Source: Octopus vulgaris (lineage: Eukaryota). From it: a DNA stretch of 64,000 nucleotides. The position numbers and the translations under genes were made by a program. Shown in pieces: positions 1 through 12,653 of the stretch. Within the stretch, counting starts at the first letter, position 1. Each line of letters opens with the position of its first letter. The notes under the pieces are model-generated. The model saw only the letters and a list, made by a program, of their open reading frames with translations, made no database searches and was not told the origin of the DNA. The stretch lies in assembly GCA_951406725.2 (NCBI GenBank), contig OX597815.1:63178001-63242000 (forward strand), given 5' to 3'.

Positions 1-262
1 CCATCGCCATCTGCAGGGGAAGATCAGGGACTCAGGTTTTTGAAATGCAAAAGACATTGTGTTTCTTGACTATCTTCAAAAGGACACTCCACCAATGGAA
101 AGGCTAAGAATACCGAACGTGCAGGAATACTGAGGAAGGGGCCTTGTTTCATCAGGGCAATGCTCCAGCACAAAAGTGCTTGGTTTCAATAGCTGTTATG
201 CGTGATTGTGGATTTAAACTGGTTGATCATCCTTCCTATCTTTCTGCTTTGGCTCCATCTAT
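1..262 (+). mobile_element. mariner transposase C-terminal remnant
   Basis: Translation LFHQGNAPAQKCLVSIAVMRDCGFKLVDHPSYLSALAPS matches the mariner HQDNAPAH...HPPYSPDLAPSD motifs; degenerate. Confidence 0.85.
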
Positions 263-279
263 CATCTTTATGTATATGA

Positions 280-485
280 GTGCGTATGCGTGCGAGTTTG
301 CGGGTGTTATCTCATCACTTGACAACCGCTGTCGGTTTTTTAACGTCTCTGTAACTGAGTAGTTTGGCAAAAATAGATTCCTATAAGTTAAGTGCTTCAC
401 TTAACGGAACATGGGTCTTTTACAAGGCAGTGCCCCAACATGGACGCAATCTAATGACTCAGACGTGTTAATTAATAAAAACAAA
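280..485 (+). mobile_element. SINE family A, 3' half, decayed
   Basis: ttgacaaccg...gtaactgagtagtttggcaaaa...aaggcagtgccccaacatggacgca aligns by eye to the full copy at 38731-39152. Confidence 0.7.
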
Positions 486-889
486 ATGAAGAATGGTCAT
501 ATAACGTGATAGAAAGAGCAGGCAAAATTCACTCAAAGCCCCAAACCTTTCATTCTTACAAAAAAAGAAAAGAAAAAAAAAAAGGAACTAGATAATGTGG
601 TTCTAGGAATAGTTATGGCCTGTTGTCCACCACAACCGCGATCAACGGCTTCACTGCCGCCATTACCATCACCACAACCACTATCAACAACAACAGCAAC
701 AATCGTAACAGTAGTTACCATGACAACATCAACAGCCGCTAAAAATAGCAGCTTAATTCCTTCAAAATACACCCCACAGACTAGAAAACGCAAGCAATAA
801 TGCAGTTCTTTGTATATGTATGGGTGCGAAGCTTCCATGTATGTACGTGTGTATATGATTCTGTGAAAAATGTATATCCAAGTATACAC

Positions 890-1021
890 AATTATATATA
901 TATATATATATAAAATATACGCACACGTATATTGTTTTGGCATGTGTTAAAGATATATACGTATATACGTGTATGTATATATGTATGTATAAAAGTCTGT
1001 ATTCGTATTTATGCTTAGGTG

Positions 1022-1089
<68 letters not shown>

Positions 1090-1117
1090 CATACATACAT
1101 AATATATATATATATAT

Positions 1118-1166
<49 letters not shown>

Positions 1167-1215
1167 CATAACATACGTACATATAAAATATGTATGTACC
1201 TATATATGTATGTGT
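890..1215. repeat. (TA)n/(TACA)n microsatellite block
   Basis: Direct reading; representative of dozens of similar tracts in the window. Confidence 0.95.
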
Positions 1216-1540
1216 GCGCGCCTTCATGTTCATGTGCGTATATGTTTGTGTGTGAAGGTGTATTTCCCTTGAGTACACACGCAAACACACGCGCTCACCA
1301 ATTACCAACACACTCATCGACAATTCTTTCTCTCTCCTTCTCCTCCTCCTCCTCCTCTTCCTCCTCCCCTCTCCTATATCACTACGACACACACACATAC
1401 ACACACAGCCGTGTGCACATTACTAATTCGCTTAAAGGTTCCCACTGCTATAAGAAGCTACAATAATCCTCCAACCATTCTCTCTCTAGCTTCACGTCAT
1501 CAGCTGGATCAATTACCGCCACCATCACCACCACCACCAT

Positions 1541-1589
<49 letters not shown>

Positions 1590-1934
1590 GTTTTCTTCGT
1601 CACGTGGCTTTATTTTTTGTGCTTTTGTTTTGTTTTTCCGTTACTTCAGAAATTTTTCTATTTTCACCCCAAGTTCATGTTTTACCCCCGATCTATAACA
1701 TCACACACATTTCTTTTTTTCACATTCCATAAACATGCGGCCCACCCCCACGTATGTATGTATGTATGTATGTATGTATGTATGTATGTATGTATGTATG
1801 TATGTATGTATGTATGTATGTATGTATGTTGTATGTATTATTGTGTGTGTGTATGCGTATGGGATGGGTATGTGCATGATGAATTATATATATGGAAAGC
1901 GAGAGATTCAAGTGTTTGTGTGCTTATATATTCT

Positions 1935-2235
1935 TTTATTCTTTTACTTGCTTCAGTCATTTGACTGCGGCCATGCTGGAGCACCGCTTTTAGTCGAACA
2001 AATCGACCCCAGGGCTTATACTTCGTAAACCTAGTACTTATTTTATCGGTCTCTTTTGCCGAACCACTAAGTTACGGGGACGTAAACACACCAGCATCGG
2101 TTGTCAAGCGATGGCGGGCGGGGGACAAATACAGACACAAACAACAGACACATACATAGATATATATACCGTCTACCAAATCCACTCACAAGGTGCCACG
2201 CAAGCTACTTACCACACAGCAACTACTGCGCCTAT
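1935..2235 (-). mobile_element. SINE family A, internally deleted
   Basis: cagtcatttgactgcggccatgctggagcaccgc...gtaaacacaccagcatcggttgtcaagcgatg...ctaccaaatccactcacaagg. Confidence 0.85.
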
Positions 2236-2250
2236 ATATGTATGTATATG

Positions 2251-2281
<31 letters not shown>

Positions 2282-2475
2282 ATATAGTATATATATATAT
2301 ATATATATATCTAGTGTATATATATATATAATAGTGTAATAAATAAAATATATGCATATATACATACATATATGTACGTACCTACATCTACATGTATATA
2401 TACATGCATATATAAATATATATACGTGAGTACAGGACACCACAAATAGACGTAGAACCCAACGAGAAACGAAAA

Positions 2476-2886
2476 CGTGATTCATATGGAGCCCGTCTGG
2501 GTATTAGCGCGCGTCTACGATGAGTCTACGATTTTAAAAATAATTTAACATCATTTTTTTCCATTTCTTCCAATTTTTTATTGTGTCGATGGCGGCAGAG
2601 TTGGCGTCCATGCTCACACCTGCACCTGTGTTGCTTCTCCCCCTTCTTCCCTTCCTCGTGAAGCTGTGGGGAAGGAAGTGTAAGGAAATCAACGTCGTAA
2701 AGCGTTGTCAAGGAGACCAGCGTTCTTTTAGAACAACGACTTCATGGCTTGAAGACACCAAAATTATCATCATTTTTTATTCCATTTTTAATGCATTCTT
2801 TTGCTATTTTTTTGCTATAACTCACTAAAAATGCTTATATAGTTATTTCCCTTACAAACCCGAGCAACGCCGGGCGATACTGCTAG
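2476..2886 (+). mobile_element. non-autonomous Helitron-like element, 5'-truncated first unit
   Basis: Near-identical to 2999-3401; ends in the cccgagcaacgccggg hairpin followed by gatactgCTAG. Confidence 0.75.
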
Positions 2887-3400
2887 ACTATATATATATA
2901 AAACTGTAGTTTTGTGAGTGTCTGTCCCCTTCGATTTAGATTCCTAACTACTCCCACATTTTGCGGTGCAGTTTAACCAAATTCGGGTATCTTATAGTCG
3001 TGATTCATATCGAGCCCGTCTGAGTAGTAGCGCGCGTCTACGATGAGTCTACGATTTTAAAAATAATTTAACATCATTTTTTATTCCATTTTAATGCATA
3101 ATTTTTCGTGTGTCGATGGCGGCGGAGTTGGCGTCCATGGTCACACCTGCACCTGTTTGCTTCTCCCCCTTCTTCCCTACCTCGTGAAGCTGTGAGGAAG
3201 GGAGTGTAAGGAAATCAACGTCGTAAAGCGTTGTCAAGGAGACCAGCGTTCTTTTAGAACAACGACTTCATGGCTTGAAGACACCAACACAGAAATGGCT
3301 AAGAAAGCCCAAATTGGCATCTATAAGGGAAGTAACTCTCTAAAAATGCTTATATAGTTATTTCCCTTACAAACCCGAGCAACGCCGGGCGATACTGCTA

Positions 3401-3401
<1 letters not shown>
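2887..3401 (+). mobile_element. non-autonomous Helitron-like element, complete second unit
   Basis: Starts actatatatatataaaactgtag...gtgtctgtcc; ends with a GC hairpin then CTAG (3398-3401) followed by T; no TIRs or TSD. Confidence 0.75.
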
Positions 3402-3481
<80 letters not shown>

Positions 3482-3584
3482 TAATCCAAACGGGAAAACA
3501 GAAAAAACAACAACACGTGGAACAATTACAGTATTATTATTATTAGGCGCTCAGGAAAATGGAAGAAGGAGGGCATATCTTTTT

Positions 3585-3772
3585 GTTTTACCTTCATCCA
3601 TTTGACTACAGTCATGCTGGGCACTACCTTACCACCTTTAACGGCTTAGTCGAACAAACCGATCCTAGTATTCCATTATCTAAGGTTGGTTTCTATTCTA
3701 TAGGTTTCTTATTGAAGAACTCCTAAGGTACGGAAACATAACCAACAGTTGTCAAATGGTCGGAGGAGAAAT

Positions 3773-3775
<3 letters not shown>
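3585..3775 (-). mobile_element. SINE family A, 3' part, decayed
   Basis: tttgactacagtcatgctgggcac...ttagtcgaacaaaccgatcc...gttgtcaaatgg. Confidence 0.7.
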
Positions 3776-3824
<49 letters not shown>

Positions 3825-4203
3825 TAAAAAAAGTCCGTTTCTTTATTTTGTTTTTATGTTTTCGTTTTCGGGAAATAGTTCAGATGCATGTTCAAGAGAG
3901 TAGGAATTTCAGTCAAGCAGGATCTTCTATTTTCCCTGAGCGTTAAACTAATACACTTGCTTGTTGTTCTTACACCTGTCTCCGTCTTACGTTTTCTGTA
4001 AATTTGAACAATGGACATGAAATAAGAAAAACTAATAAAAAGCGAAGAACGATTATATAGTGCGTGTGTTTATTTGACAAGAAAAGAATAACCGTCCCGA
4101 AATATAGCAATGTGTGTGTGTGTGTGCATCCATGTATGTATATATGTATATATACATACTTTTATTTACAGAGAGAGAGATATACAAACACACATACATA
4201 CAT

Positions 4204-4242
<39 letters not shown>

Positions 4243-4954
4243 CACGCATGTATACATGAATATATATACATGAACATATGATGATGATGATGATAATAAC
4301 TGTCCACTCGTGACCGAGAAAAGCCTTCACCAGGCAAAATACCAGCAGAACCCGTGCATGAGATTATTGCACCCTTGCTTGGCTTCATCCGTGTTCGCAC
4401 CTGTGACTTCCATGCTCTACACTTGGCTGCCATCGGAAAGTCATTTGAAACAATTCTAAGAGGCACTTCCCCACTCAGATTGACAGAGATGAGGCTACAC
4501 ATGCAAAAAACGAACGCTATATGCAAATAAGTCCTCATCATCTATTTCACCTGATCAGCATAATTACATTATATACTTAGAATCGAAGCAATCTACTCTA
4601 GCAAAATGGATAAAATGATAAAAAAAAGTCTGTCGTGCTAACAAGCCGGTTTTTAAAAGTTAGATACATACAACACACCCAATGTTTACGCAATATCTAT
4701 AGAAGAAACACAGCATCCCAATCAAAATGCATGCAGAGTTAAGGAATTATGCAGGTCTCACAGCAGCAATATTTAAATGCCGATAGTAAGTTCGAAGTAG
4801 AGTGAGGTCCTTTCTGTGAAAATTTTTTTAGAAGCCAATGGATCACAAAATTGGGCATGACCTAGCAACCGAAAATTTTGTGGACTTATGTACCCTATAC
4901 ACTGATGGGATTCGAAATTTGAGTGTACGCTTGACTATGAAGCAAAACTTTTCG

Positions 4955-5498
4955 TCATACCAAGCAGAAACATTTGTCATACTAAGTTCGTTGTGCAAGA
5001 TATTCTCAACTCTTTCACAGGATATGCTAATAGCATTGGCTATTTGATTTATAGTCAGTCGTCTGTAATTTCTCAGAATGTGGTGAACACGGTCAATGTT
5101 TTCCTCGGTGGTGGCAGTAGAAGTACGTCCAAAGCTTGAGTCATCTTCATGACTCTCCGTTCCCCTGCTAAATTCAGCTATCCACTTTGCTTTGTTGATA
5201 AAGCTGGAGCAACATGCATTAATATAGCAACTATGGCGGCATGAATGTCGTTGAGGGCTAAACCGTTTATCAGCAGGTACTGGATAACATCACGATACTA
5301 AATATTGTCCATTTTGAAAGGAAGTGGCTACAAGTTAGTTTTGAAGTCTTTTTTGAACAGTCAGGTGTCAGTTTACCTGGAAAAAAGTGATGCAGTTATT
5401 TACAACGAGAGATGGAATTAATGCAAGCATGATATAGCAACAGCTCTAGCATCACTCCTTCATAGTCAGCCTATGAACTTTTCAGGCCACCCTCTTAC
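4955..5498 (-). mobile_element. mariner 5' end (TIR plus N-terminal HTH region)
   Basis: Minus strand gives MDNI*YRDVIQYL...KWIAEFSRGTESHEDDSSFGRTSTATTEENIDRVHHI...RLTINQIANAISISCERVENILHNELSM; TIR-like taagagggtggcctgaaaagttcataggctgac at 5465-5497. Confidence 0.85.
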
Positions 5499-6260
5499 AC
5501 TATTAAGAATAAACAGCAACTGCATCATCTCCACGCGTGTAACACAAGATAATAGTCCCCTTCTTATAGTCGTTATTAGTGATGTCTTCAAAACACAGCG
5601 ACTCATTTCAAAGTTGCCTGATTGGACGCACTTGGCAATAGAATCTCAGTGATAACAGTGAAACATGAACGGGTTCCTAATAAATATAGACTCTTCATTT
5701 TGTATTCCGTTTTGTTTCCCACCTGTAAAAAAAAAACAAATAAAATAAGTTTAAATGTAGTCATTGCTCGATATTTTTTTTTAATTTATGAGATTGCTCG
5801 ATTTATATAAATGCTCGAATTTAATGTAAACGATGTCACACAAATCAAGCGATATATATTGAAGTCTGTTACATTCAATGTTATATTCAAGTTGCATTCC
5901 TCACACAAAGTGCTTGACTAATTTTGAACTGAAATTATTTTAATTTGGTGTAGGAACCTAGCCTCGAAGTAGACCAAGGTATTCTTTCGTGAAGCATTTT
6001 ACAAAAGTACTCGATATATTGTCTTAAAGTAAGTAATAATAATAATAATAAGTTATTTTTTCAAGTGACAACATATTTGTTTTCTTCGTGTCGTTTCATT
6101 TTCTAAAGTCGAGGAACACTTTTAAAGCTTCCGAAACCCAAACAGTCTCGATGGTTAGATACATATTTATTTGGAATGTAATTATTTATTTTTGTGTGTG
6201 CGCGTGTGTGTGTCTATACATACATACACACATACATACAAGTATTACACAATGCTTACT

Positions 6261-6356
<96 letters not shown>

Positions 6357-6548
6357 ACATTAGAAGCAAATATATGCGTACATATTAGTTACATCTGAAG
6401 ATCGCAGAGCCAAGACACTTTCAGTTTCAAGTTCAGTTTCCTCTACAAAATGTATTGAGCACTCCTTTTTCATTCGTTCGACATTTCTGCAACATACATA
6501 CATTTTATACATTTGGCACGTTTGTAAAGGCATATTGCTGCATTTAAC

Positions 6549-6870
6549 TTGCTCGTTGTTGTTGTTGTTGTTATTGTGGTTGTTGTTGCTATTGTTTTTG
6601 TTCATTTTTTTTACAATTGTTTTGTTGTTTTTACTGTCCTTGCTTTTACAGATGTTTTTGTTGTTGTTGCAGTGATTTCCCTGTTGTCATTGTATTTGTT
6701 GTTGTCACTGCACGTTCTGCGGATATCGATACCGTTGCTGCTGCAGCTGTTGTAATTGTTTCTTGCTATTATTGTTGTAACTGCAATTCTGGTTGTTCTC
6801 GTATGTGTTGTTGCCACTCCTACTACCACTTCAACCCCTCCTACTGCTGCTTCTGCTGCTATTGCCCTTC
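6549..6870. repeat. degenerate (GTT/GCT)n trinucleotide low-complexity tract
   Basis: Direct reading. Confidence 0.8.
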
Positions 6871-7241
6871 TTAGTGTTTTATAAAATTCCCAGTTATTTC
6901 ACGCATCTCGGTTTTGTATAGATAGTTGCACATTGAAGAAAGCAAGTAACTTGCAGCTGCACGCAATGTACGGCTTAGATGTGCATCATAAGGTTGCAGA
7001 GAGAAAAATCTTCAAAATGGATATTGGAATAATTAGTCTACTGCGTGACATGAGAGAATCGTTGTGGTATGAAGACAACTGGAAGGATTGAGAAGGGGGT
7101 AGGCAGCGGGGTGGCAGCCAGTGAAAGATAAGATTTGATTGGCGCATCACTTATGTTCTTATTTCTTGTTGTTGTTGCTGGTTGCATGGAGGACCGCTTG
7201 GTTGGATGCGTTCTTTTTTACTTGATTAACGTCACTTCACA

Positions 7242-7302
<61 letters not shown>

Positions 7303-7609
7303 ACACACATACACACATACACACACATACAAAGAGCAAGAATCGGTTCGATAATATTTGTATGGAATGGAGGCGATATTCCTCTTGCATCCGGAAGAAG
7401 AAAACTGAGGTGAATGCGAGTAAGCGCGAAGAAGAAACTGAAGGAAGGACATGCGTGTGTGTGCACGCGTGTGTATGTATGTGTGTGTGTGTGTGCAAAT
7501 ATCTATCTATATGTATAGAGAGACAGACAGATAGATAGATATGCGTATTTATATTTACACACACACACACACACACATGCACACACACGTACACACATAT
7601 TTTTATGAG

Positions 7610-8040
7610 TTGGGGCTCGAAAGATTGATCGTTAAGACAACCTACTCGTGAAATGTGAAGACGCAGGCTGGGAAGCTGAGTATTTTCCAACCGAAGTCGG
7701 ATGTAGAGGATTCGTTGGACACAGTGTGTGGCGACTGTTGTTGTCGCAAAGCCTAACTCATCGTTAAACAAGTACCCCCATGAGTGATATCCATACTACA
7801 GTGGAGAAGGCATGCCACTGGATTTGGATAAAAAGAGACGATGAGTAATGGCTAGAAGAATATTGAGCGAAACTTGATAACCAGTTGATCTAGCAAGCGG
7901 GGCCTCATTTCATTGAAGTGGGTTGGAGAGTGCGCATGAGATGAACGCCTCGAAACGGCGCACATTCTCTCCTGATGACTCAAAAAAGTTGCTACCATTT
8001 GGTATGCAGAGCAGTCAAGTGGTAGGACTTGTGTCTGCAA
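7610..8040 (+). mobile_element. HERO-clade (RLE) non-LTR retrotransposon 3' remnant
   Basis: Frame from 7621 reads KIDR*DNLLVKCEDAGWEAEYFPTEVGCRGFVGHSV...VEKACHWIWIKRDD, matching the HERO C-terminal PVEVGCRGF and W-L-W-x-KR motifs; internal stops. Confidence 0.8.
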
Positions 8041-8660
8041 GTTGTATGTTATGTATTATAAATTTGACCAGAATTTCACTTTGTTCCTCTTAACACACAC
8101 ACACACACACGCACACACACAAATGTGTCGGGTTGTGTGTGAGTGTGTGATGAACTACAAAAGGCAAAAAAGGGTACCTCATACGATTTTTAAATCCGAG
8201 TCAACACAACTATGAAGAACAACTTATATACGGATTTGAAAAATTAAATAGGGAAAGAGCTTATACACAATGCAAAAATTTCCTTTCAGAAAAAAATGTG
8301 ACTTTCTATTCAAAAATAGATTGTTTTTTAAATATAATTTATGATTTTTTTTAAAAGAAGCTCGTTGTTCAAGTAATCTGAGTGTAACATGAACGAAAAA
8401 AGAAACATACAGAACGAGTTAAAGATAAAAGAAAATAGACCCTAGTGTAACACCAGCACTATATTTCTCGAATGTGCGAGTGTGTGTAATATATATAATA
8501 CATACATACATACATACATACATACATACATACATACGTACATACATATATATATATATAGTGCCATAGTGCCCAAATTCTGACTTGAAAGACTTCACCA
8601 GGTGGTGCTATTAAGTTAGACATGGCCTGGGCCAATAATGGCCGAAACCTATCAAAGTAT

Positions 8661-8700
<40 letters not shown>

Positions 8701-8704
8701 TAGA

Positions 8705-8739
<35 letters not shown>

Positions 8740-8929
8740 GCAGATAGATAGATATGTGTGTATATATATATATATACACACATATAGAATCATACATATA
8801 AATACATCCATTAATCCAAATACACAACCATGTATACATACATATAGATGCATTTAAATCATTCATCCACATACGCACGCGCGCGCACACACACATACAT
8901 GCATACCAGTTCCAGTTTAATCGTTTTCT

Positions 8930-9790
8930 GTGTATGTCTGTATATTTTATCCGAACTGTTGCCATAGTAACGAAGCTAAAGCATACTGAGTAAAGTTTCT
9001 TGGCACAAATTGACCCTGATATCAGCTGTGTACGTACACTAAATTTTAACGTTCCAGCTCACCTCCGCTGTTTACAGCAGTTCTTGGAAGGAATGTGTGT
9101 AGAATATGATCGTCACAATGAACATGAGAGAAAAAGCTGATCTAAGAATGTGCATCAAATTTTGCCAAAAGCTTGGCGATACCTGCTCAGAGGCCTATGC
9201 AAAGTTTTCAAAAATTTTTCATCGTGTAACAGAAACCCCAGGGTCCTTTTGGTCAGCTGAAAGCAGTTGTGGCACAAACTAGGCAGACACGCGTATCATA
9301 CCCAAATTTTCAAGGACAATGGGCTGAATTCAACCGTAACTAATATGCACATGGTCTGATAACTAAAGGATTGAGATTCGACGATTTCCCGTCAGAGCTG
9401 CACGCACATGTGCAATGTTTTCTCAGTTCTGTTGCTTCCGGGACTCCTAGAACATTTGTCAGTATCGACATTTTTCGGCCATCTAGGAAAAATCTGAACC
9501 ACTCGTACACTTGTGTGCAGCTCATACACTCGTCTCCATACACTTTCTGCAATTTTGCAGCTATACATAGGCCTCTGATCAGGTATCGCCATTACAACTT
9601 TCTCTGTTATGTTCAATACAACGATCACACGCTACACACGTTCCTTGCAAGCATTATTGTAAACAGCGAAAGTTAGCTAGAACGTTAAAACTTAATGCGC
9701 AAGGTCAATCTGTGCCAAGCGGCTTTACTCTGCCTGCTTTAGCTTCGTTACTATGCCAACAGTCCGAATACTTATTGATCAGACCTCGTA
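8930..9790. mobile_element. two inverted mariner 5'-end fragments
   Basis: Plus copy about 8935-9215 (ccgaactgttgccatagtaacgaagctaaagc...RMCIKFCQKLGDTCSEAYAK); minus copy about 9215-9790 with TIR tacgaggtctgatcaataag and QKVYGDECMSCTQVYEWFRFFLDGR. Confidence 0.8.
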
Positions 9791-10079
9791 TATGTGTCTG
9801 AATGAGTGTGCATGCAAGTTTGTGTAAGTCTCTCTGTATCTTTGTATGCATTAGCGGAGAATACTTTGTGTGTACAAAGAGAGGGAGAGAGTGTGAAAGA
9901 GGAAAGGAGGAAAAAAGACAAGGAGGATGATGTTTGAAGCAAGGAATTTCATATAATGAGTATGATAGTATGATTTTGCTGGTGGCAAAATTTATCTAGC
10001 TTCATTAATTTAACGTTTACCACATACATACATACATACATACATACATCATACATACATACATACATACATACATACA

Positions 10080-10146
<67 letters not shown>

Positions 10147-10367
10147 GGAAAGAAAGAAAAGAGAGAGAAATATATATGTGTACAAATTATCTATATATAT
10201 ATATATATCTGTGAGTATGTGAATATGTGTGTGCGCCTGTGTGTGTGACTGTATTTATTTGCACATTCATATATTTATATTAATACACACGCACACATAT
10301 ATAAAATATATATGTGTGTGTGTGTGTGTGAGTATATCTATATGGACATTCATGCATTTATGTTAAT

Positions 10368-10445
<78 letters not shown>

Positions 10446-10535
10446 ATGTATATATGTATGTGCATATATATATATATGTATATGTATATATATATAGATA
10501 CATATAGATATGTTCATAAAGATGCACTCACCTCC

Positions 10536-10582
<47 letters not shown>

Positions 10583-10585
<3 letters not shown>

Positions 10586-11692
10586 CTTCTGTAGTTTAAC
10601 AATTTTCAGTGTTAAGGACTCCGGCCTTCTTTGTGTGTTTCAACAGTGGCCCCACGGCATTTTTATATACCACCCTAAGCTGCTTCAATACAGTCCTTGC
10701 AACTGATTAAAACTCTCCCACCTTTTCTTCTTGACATGTACAGCCTATCGGTGTCACTCTTAGGGTAGAAGTCTCCGTGTACTACCAACATTTTTGTGGT
10801 CTTGTTATCCATTTTCTTCACTTCTCTGTTTTGCCATTTTATAACTCCTGCTCCATACCGTAGTGCTGCTATCGCCCACGTATTAACTGCTTGGATTTTA
10901 CTCCATCCAATCAATTTTGAGCGCAACACCAACCCCAATCTTCGGTAATATTCCATCCCCAGTTGCTCTTTCATTGCTCTAGTACACCAAGGTATTTGTA
11001 TCCTACCGCTTCAATTTGTTTAATACAGTCTCCGTTCGGTAATTTTATCCCCGCTAGAGACTGTACCTTGCCTCTTTTTAGATAGATTATTCCGCACTTC
11101 TTGAGTCCAAATTCCATTCTAATATCAGGACTAAAACAGTGGACCTTGTTCACCAAGGAACTTGCTTGAGTTTCATCTTTGCCATACAGTTTCAAATCAT
11201 CCACGCAGAGGAGGTGGTTGATTGTTTGGGTGTTTTACTTCAGTTGGTACCCCAGGTTTATTTTCCTAAGTACCAAGGCCAGAGGTATAATGCAGAGAAC
11301 AAAAAGCAATGGAGAGAGGCTATCACCATGGAAAATCCCTCTTCTGATACCCAGAGTGCCCAAGCCTTTTCCGTAAGATGTCAGTTCAGTTTTCCATCCC
11401 ACCATACTTCTCTTCAGGAAACGCGTTACATTCTTCACAGTTCCAAACAGACTTAAGCACTCGATGATCCACGAATGTGGAATTATAGCATAAGCTTTTC
11501 GATAGTCAATCGAGGCCATTTCCAGATTTGTTCTCCTTCGTTTACAATCTTGCTTTAACATTTTGTCTATCAATAGTTGATCTTTGGAACCTCTGCATCT
11601 CCTACAGTCTTTTTGTTCGGGCAGTAATATACCGTTCTCGTCCATGAATTTATAGTTCTTCTGTCATTCCTCCGGACCGTAACTTCCACATT
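10583..11692 (-). mobile_element. R4/Dong-type LINE, internal RT fragment
   Basis: [44 protein letters not shown] and DRLYMSRRKGGRVL motifs; frameshifted; its 5' junction abuts the (TAA/TGA)n tract. Confidence 0.9.
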
Positions 11693-11925
<233 letters not shown>

Positions 11926-12653
11926 ATGTTTAACTTTTGCTTTGTATTCGTACAAGTTGACGCCAAGTCTCACCCAGAGACCTCAAGAGACAACAAGTTA
12001 GAAGTTCAAATTGGTGTTATGTCTAGGGTGCCATATATTAGGTTTTGTACAGTGTATTGTTCTAGAGAATGTATAAGAAAACATAAGAAAATTATAAGTT
12101 TGTTTTGAAATTTGAGATTACATAGACAGTATTTTTTATGTAGGATATGGGCAGTTCCCATGAGCCCTAGTTTTTTAATTTCTACTATTTTGTATTTCCT
12201 TCTATCTGAGCTAGGTAACAATCAGCCCCTTCTACTATCATTCCCAGGGCACCTATGACAACAGGTATTGTTTTTGTTTTGAGTTTCCACATTTTGCCGA
12301 TTTCTAATTCATGGTCTTTATACTTCCTCAGTTTTTGGTAGGTATTGACAGATATTTTTATGTCGATTGGGATAGTCATATCGATGGAGAGGCATGATTT
12401 TTGTCTGGAGTCCTTCAATTCAATGTTTGGTCTACTCACACCTATCTTTCTGTCAGTTTGAAGTTCCAGAGGAGTGAAATATGGTCATTTTTCAAGCACT
12501 GGAAGTGGTTTGTATTCCCACCAGTTTTTATCGTGGGGCAGATACTAGTTTTTGCAAATTAGACAGTGAATATATTGTGCAGCTCTATCATGCCTGTTGA
12601 GATACTCTGTAGGTTCAAGAAGGCTGCACATGGAGACAACATGATCGATGTTT
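11926..12653 (-). mobile_element. R4/Dong-type LINE 3' end (CCHC remnant, RLE and 3' UTR)
   Basis: IDHVVSMCSLL..EYLNRHD..IH, RPNI..CLSIDMTIP..KLRKYK..IPVVIGALG; its 3' end runs into (TAA)n. Confidence 0.85.

Noticed and set aside
8580-8662. Hammerhead at ggcc-aataat-ggccGAAAC
   Set aside because: No CUGANGA adjacent to the stem; at most a decayed PLE end.
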